Shown: positions 62,844 to 64,000 of the stretch, piece after piece
Numbering within the stretch: the stretch's first letter is position 1
Layout of the letters: each line of letters begins with the position of its first letter
Assembly (NCBI RefSeq): GCF_037975245.1
Contig: NC_092565.1
Location: forward strand, 23,210,063-23,274,062
Reading direction: 5' to 3'
Length of the DNA stretch: 64,000 bases
Origin: Apostichopus japonicus
Taxonomy: Eukaryota
Made by a program: the position numbers and the translations under genes
Notes under the pieces: model-generated
The model's database searches: none
What the model saw: the letters and a program-made list of their open reading frames with translations, nothing else
What the model was told of the DNA's origin: nothing

Positions 62844-64000
62844 TCAAGACGAACGAGAGAAGAAATATCGAATGAAAAGTATGATAACAGCTATAGTTAT
62901 ATTGTCCAAACAATTGTTGTTGTGTCAAAGGTTATATGAGATCAGAATGACGTCAGAGGAAAGGTTTCAACTTTCACCCAATAAGTTTCGTCATTGATTC
63001 ATGTTTCTATATTCTGTAACAACATTGACGCTATAAGGAATGTTACTGCTTATGTTGACTGATACTGGTTTTGATTCCAGTAACAGTAAACATATAAGGC
63101 TAACTTTGTCAATGAAAATATAAATGTGAAATCTTTTCACCTGATAATAATGTGACCATATTTCGGCATTAACAATTGTATGAATTGATTATCATATAGG
63201 TACAGAAGAGCCGTATTCATGGGAGGGGTGCTTGCGCCGATTGCCCTCCCTATTTCCGAAGGTATACATGTTCCTGCATGGCAGAGACTGGTTGTTTGTG
63301 CTACGTGGGGAATACACACTAACTGCTCCATATGTCACAAAGCATATCCCGGTGGTGTGGTGTCACCATTTTGCATGTGAACAGCCTAACTTTTACAAAA
63401 ATATACCTTTCCACAGGACGGTGTTCATCAAAAAGATTATCATCTTAGGTAAAACGCACGACCCAGTACAAATTCCTGCTTAAGTACCTACACAACTTTT
63501 AAGCCTAAAATATGTCTTGCATGACAAGCACTGTAACAGTACACACCTGTTCAATACCCACCCACCCCCCCCCCACCCCCATAGACTCAATCCCTCCCCA
63601 ATCAGAAGAAAGATCAATGACAAAATAGGTTTATATACTAACCTACATGCATGGCTATTAGTTTTCTATATTTTTTCAGATAGCTGACGGTCTAAAAATA
63701 ATAAGCTCTGTCCAAATGTTGACAGTTTATCGTGCAACCAACATGTATATATGGTGTAAATACTTTTGGCTGAAAAGCAATCTTACCTACTCCTTGTGTT
63801 AACTTGGGATGGGTTGGGTGAATGGGTGGTTTGTTTTTGGCCGTAACGTAGTCATATAATTTCGATATGTTTGGGTAGTGTTGTCTCCTTTTAGGTTTCA
63901 TATCTATTATAGACCTTACGTTATTTCATGTTATCCACATACTTCAATATCAATTTAATACTCCAGAGGATACATACCATTTGAGTATATATGTACATAT

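Overview
The window reads as eukaryotic (metazoan) nuclear DNA. It is AT-rich, has short exons with canonical AG/GT splice junctions, a tRNA-derived SINE family and a satellite array; no prokaryotic organisation is present. The layout, left to right, is as follows.

- **1-15.3 kb:** a tandem array of ~1.3/0.95-kb units. Each unit carries a 51-nt exon-like cassette, with the same polypyrimidine...CAG acceptor and GTATGT donor, that encodes an acidic 17-mer. One unit is interrupted by a 5.5-kb non-autonomous TIR DNA transposon, which in turn carries a hAT-type MITE and tandem SINE copies.
- **15.7-27.6 kb:** further small exons of the same + strand gene. These include four more 51-nt exon duplicates carried on a 273-bp tandem repeat, and a short basic terminal exon.
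- **18.86-25.13 kb:** one intron of that exon array is split by a 6.3-kb GC-rich element. It has ~150-bp inverted terminal repeats and an internal complementary region that matches the outer ends of both termini, which is the DIRS-retrotransposon hallmark. It has no intact ORFs and carries a nested SINE and an unclassified repeat.
- **27.54-29.74 kb:** an intact 734-codon ORF encoding two N-terminal zinc fingers, a tyrosine-recombinase catalytic domain (box I Arg, beta-hairpin Lys, LGH...Y nucleophile) and a C-terminal Myb/SANT-like tail. I read it as a Crypton-like element or a Crypton-derived gene. It has no in-frame ATG ahead of the first zinc finger and runs in frame out of an acidic upstream stretch.
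- **35.5-43.2 kb:** a ~7.7-kb satellite of ~205-bp monomers in a ~1.02-kb (5-mer) higher-order repeat. It appears to be seeded from the 3' end of a dispersed repeat whose second copy lies inside the DIRS-like element.
- **45.6-52.8 kb:** a two-exon NK3/bagpipe-class homeobox gene on the minus strand (TN/eh1 motif in exon 1; NK3-type homeodomain in exon 2).
- **54.2-62.9 kb, upstream of that gene:** five perfect TGACGTCA (CRE) palindromes, far above chance.

Taxon: a cephalochordate-like invertebrate deuterostome is my guess, not something the sequence establishes.
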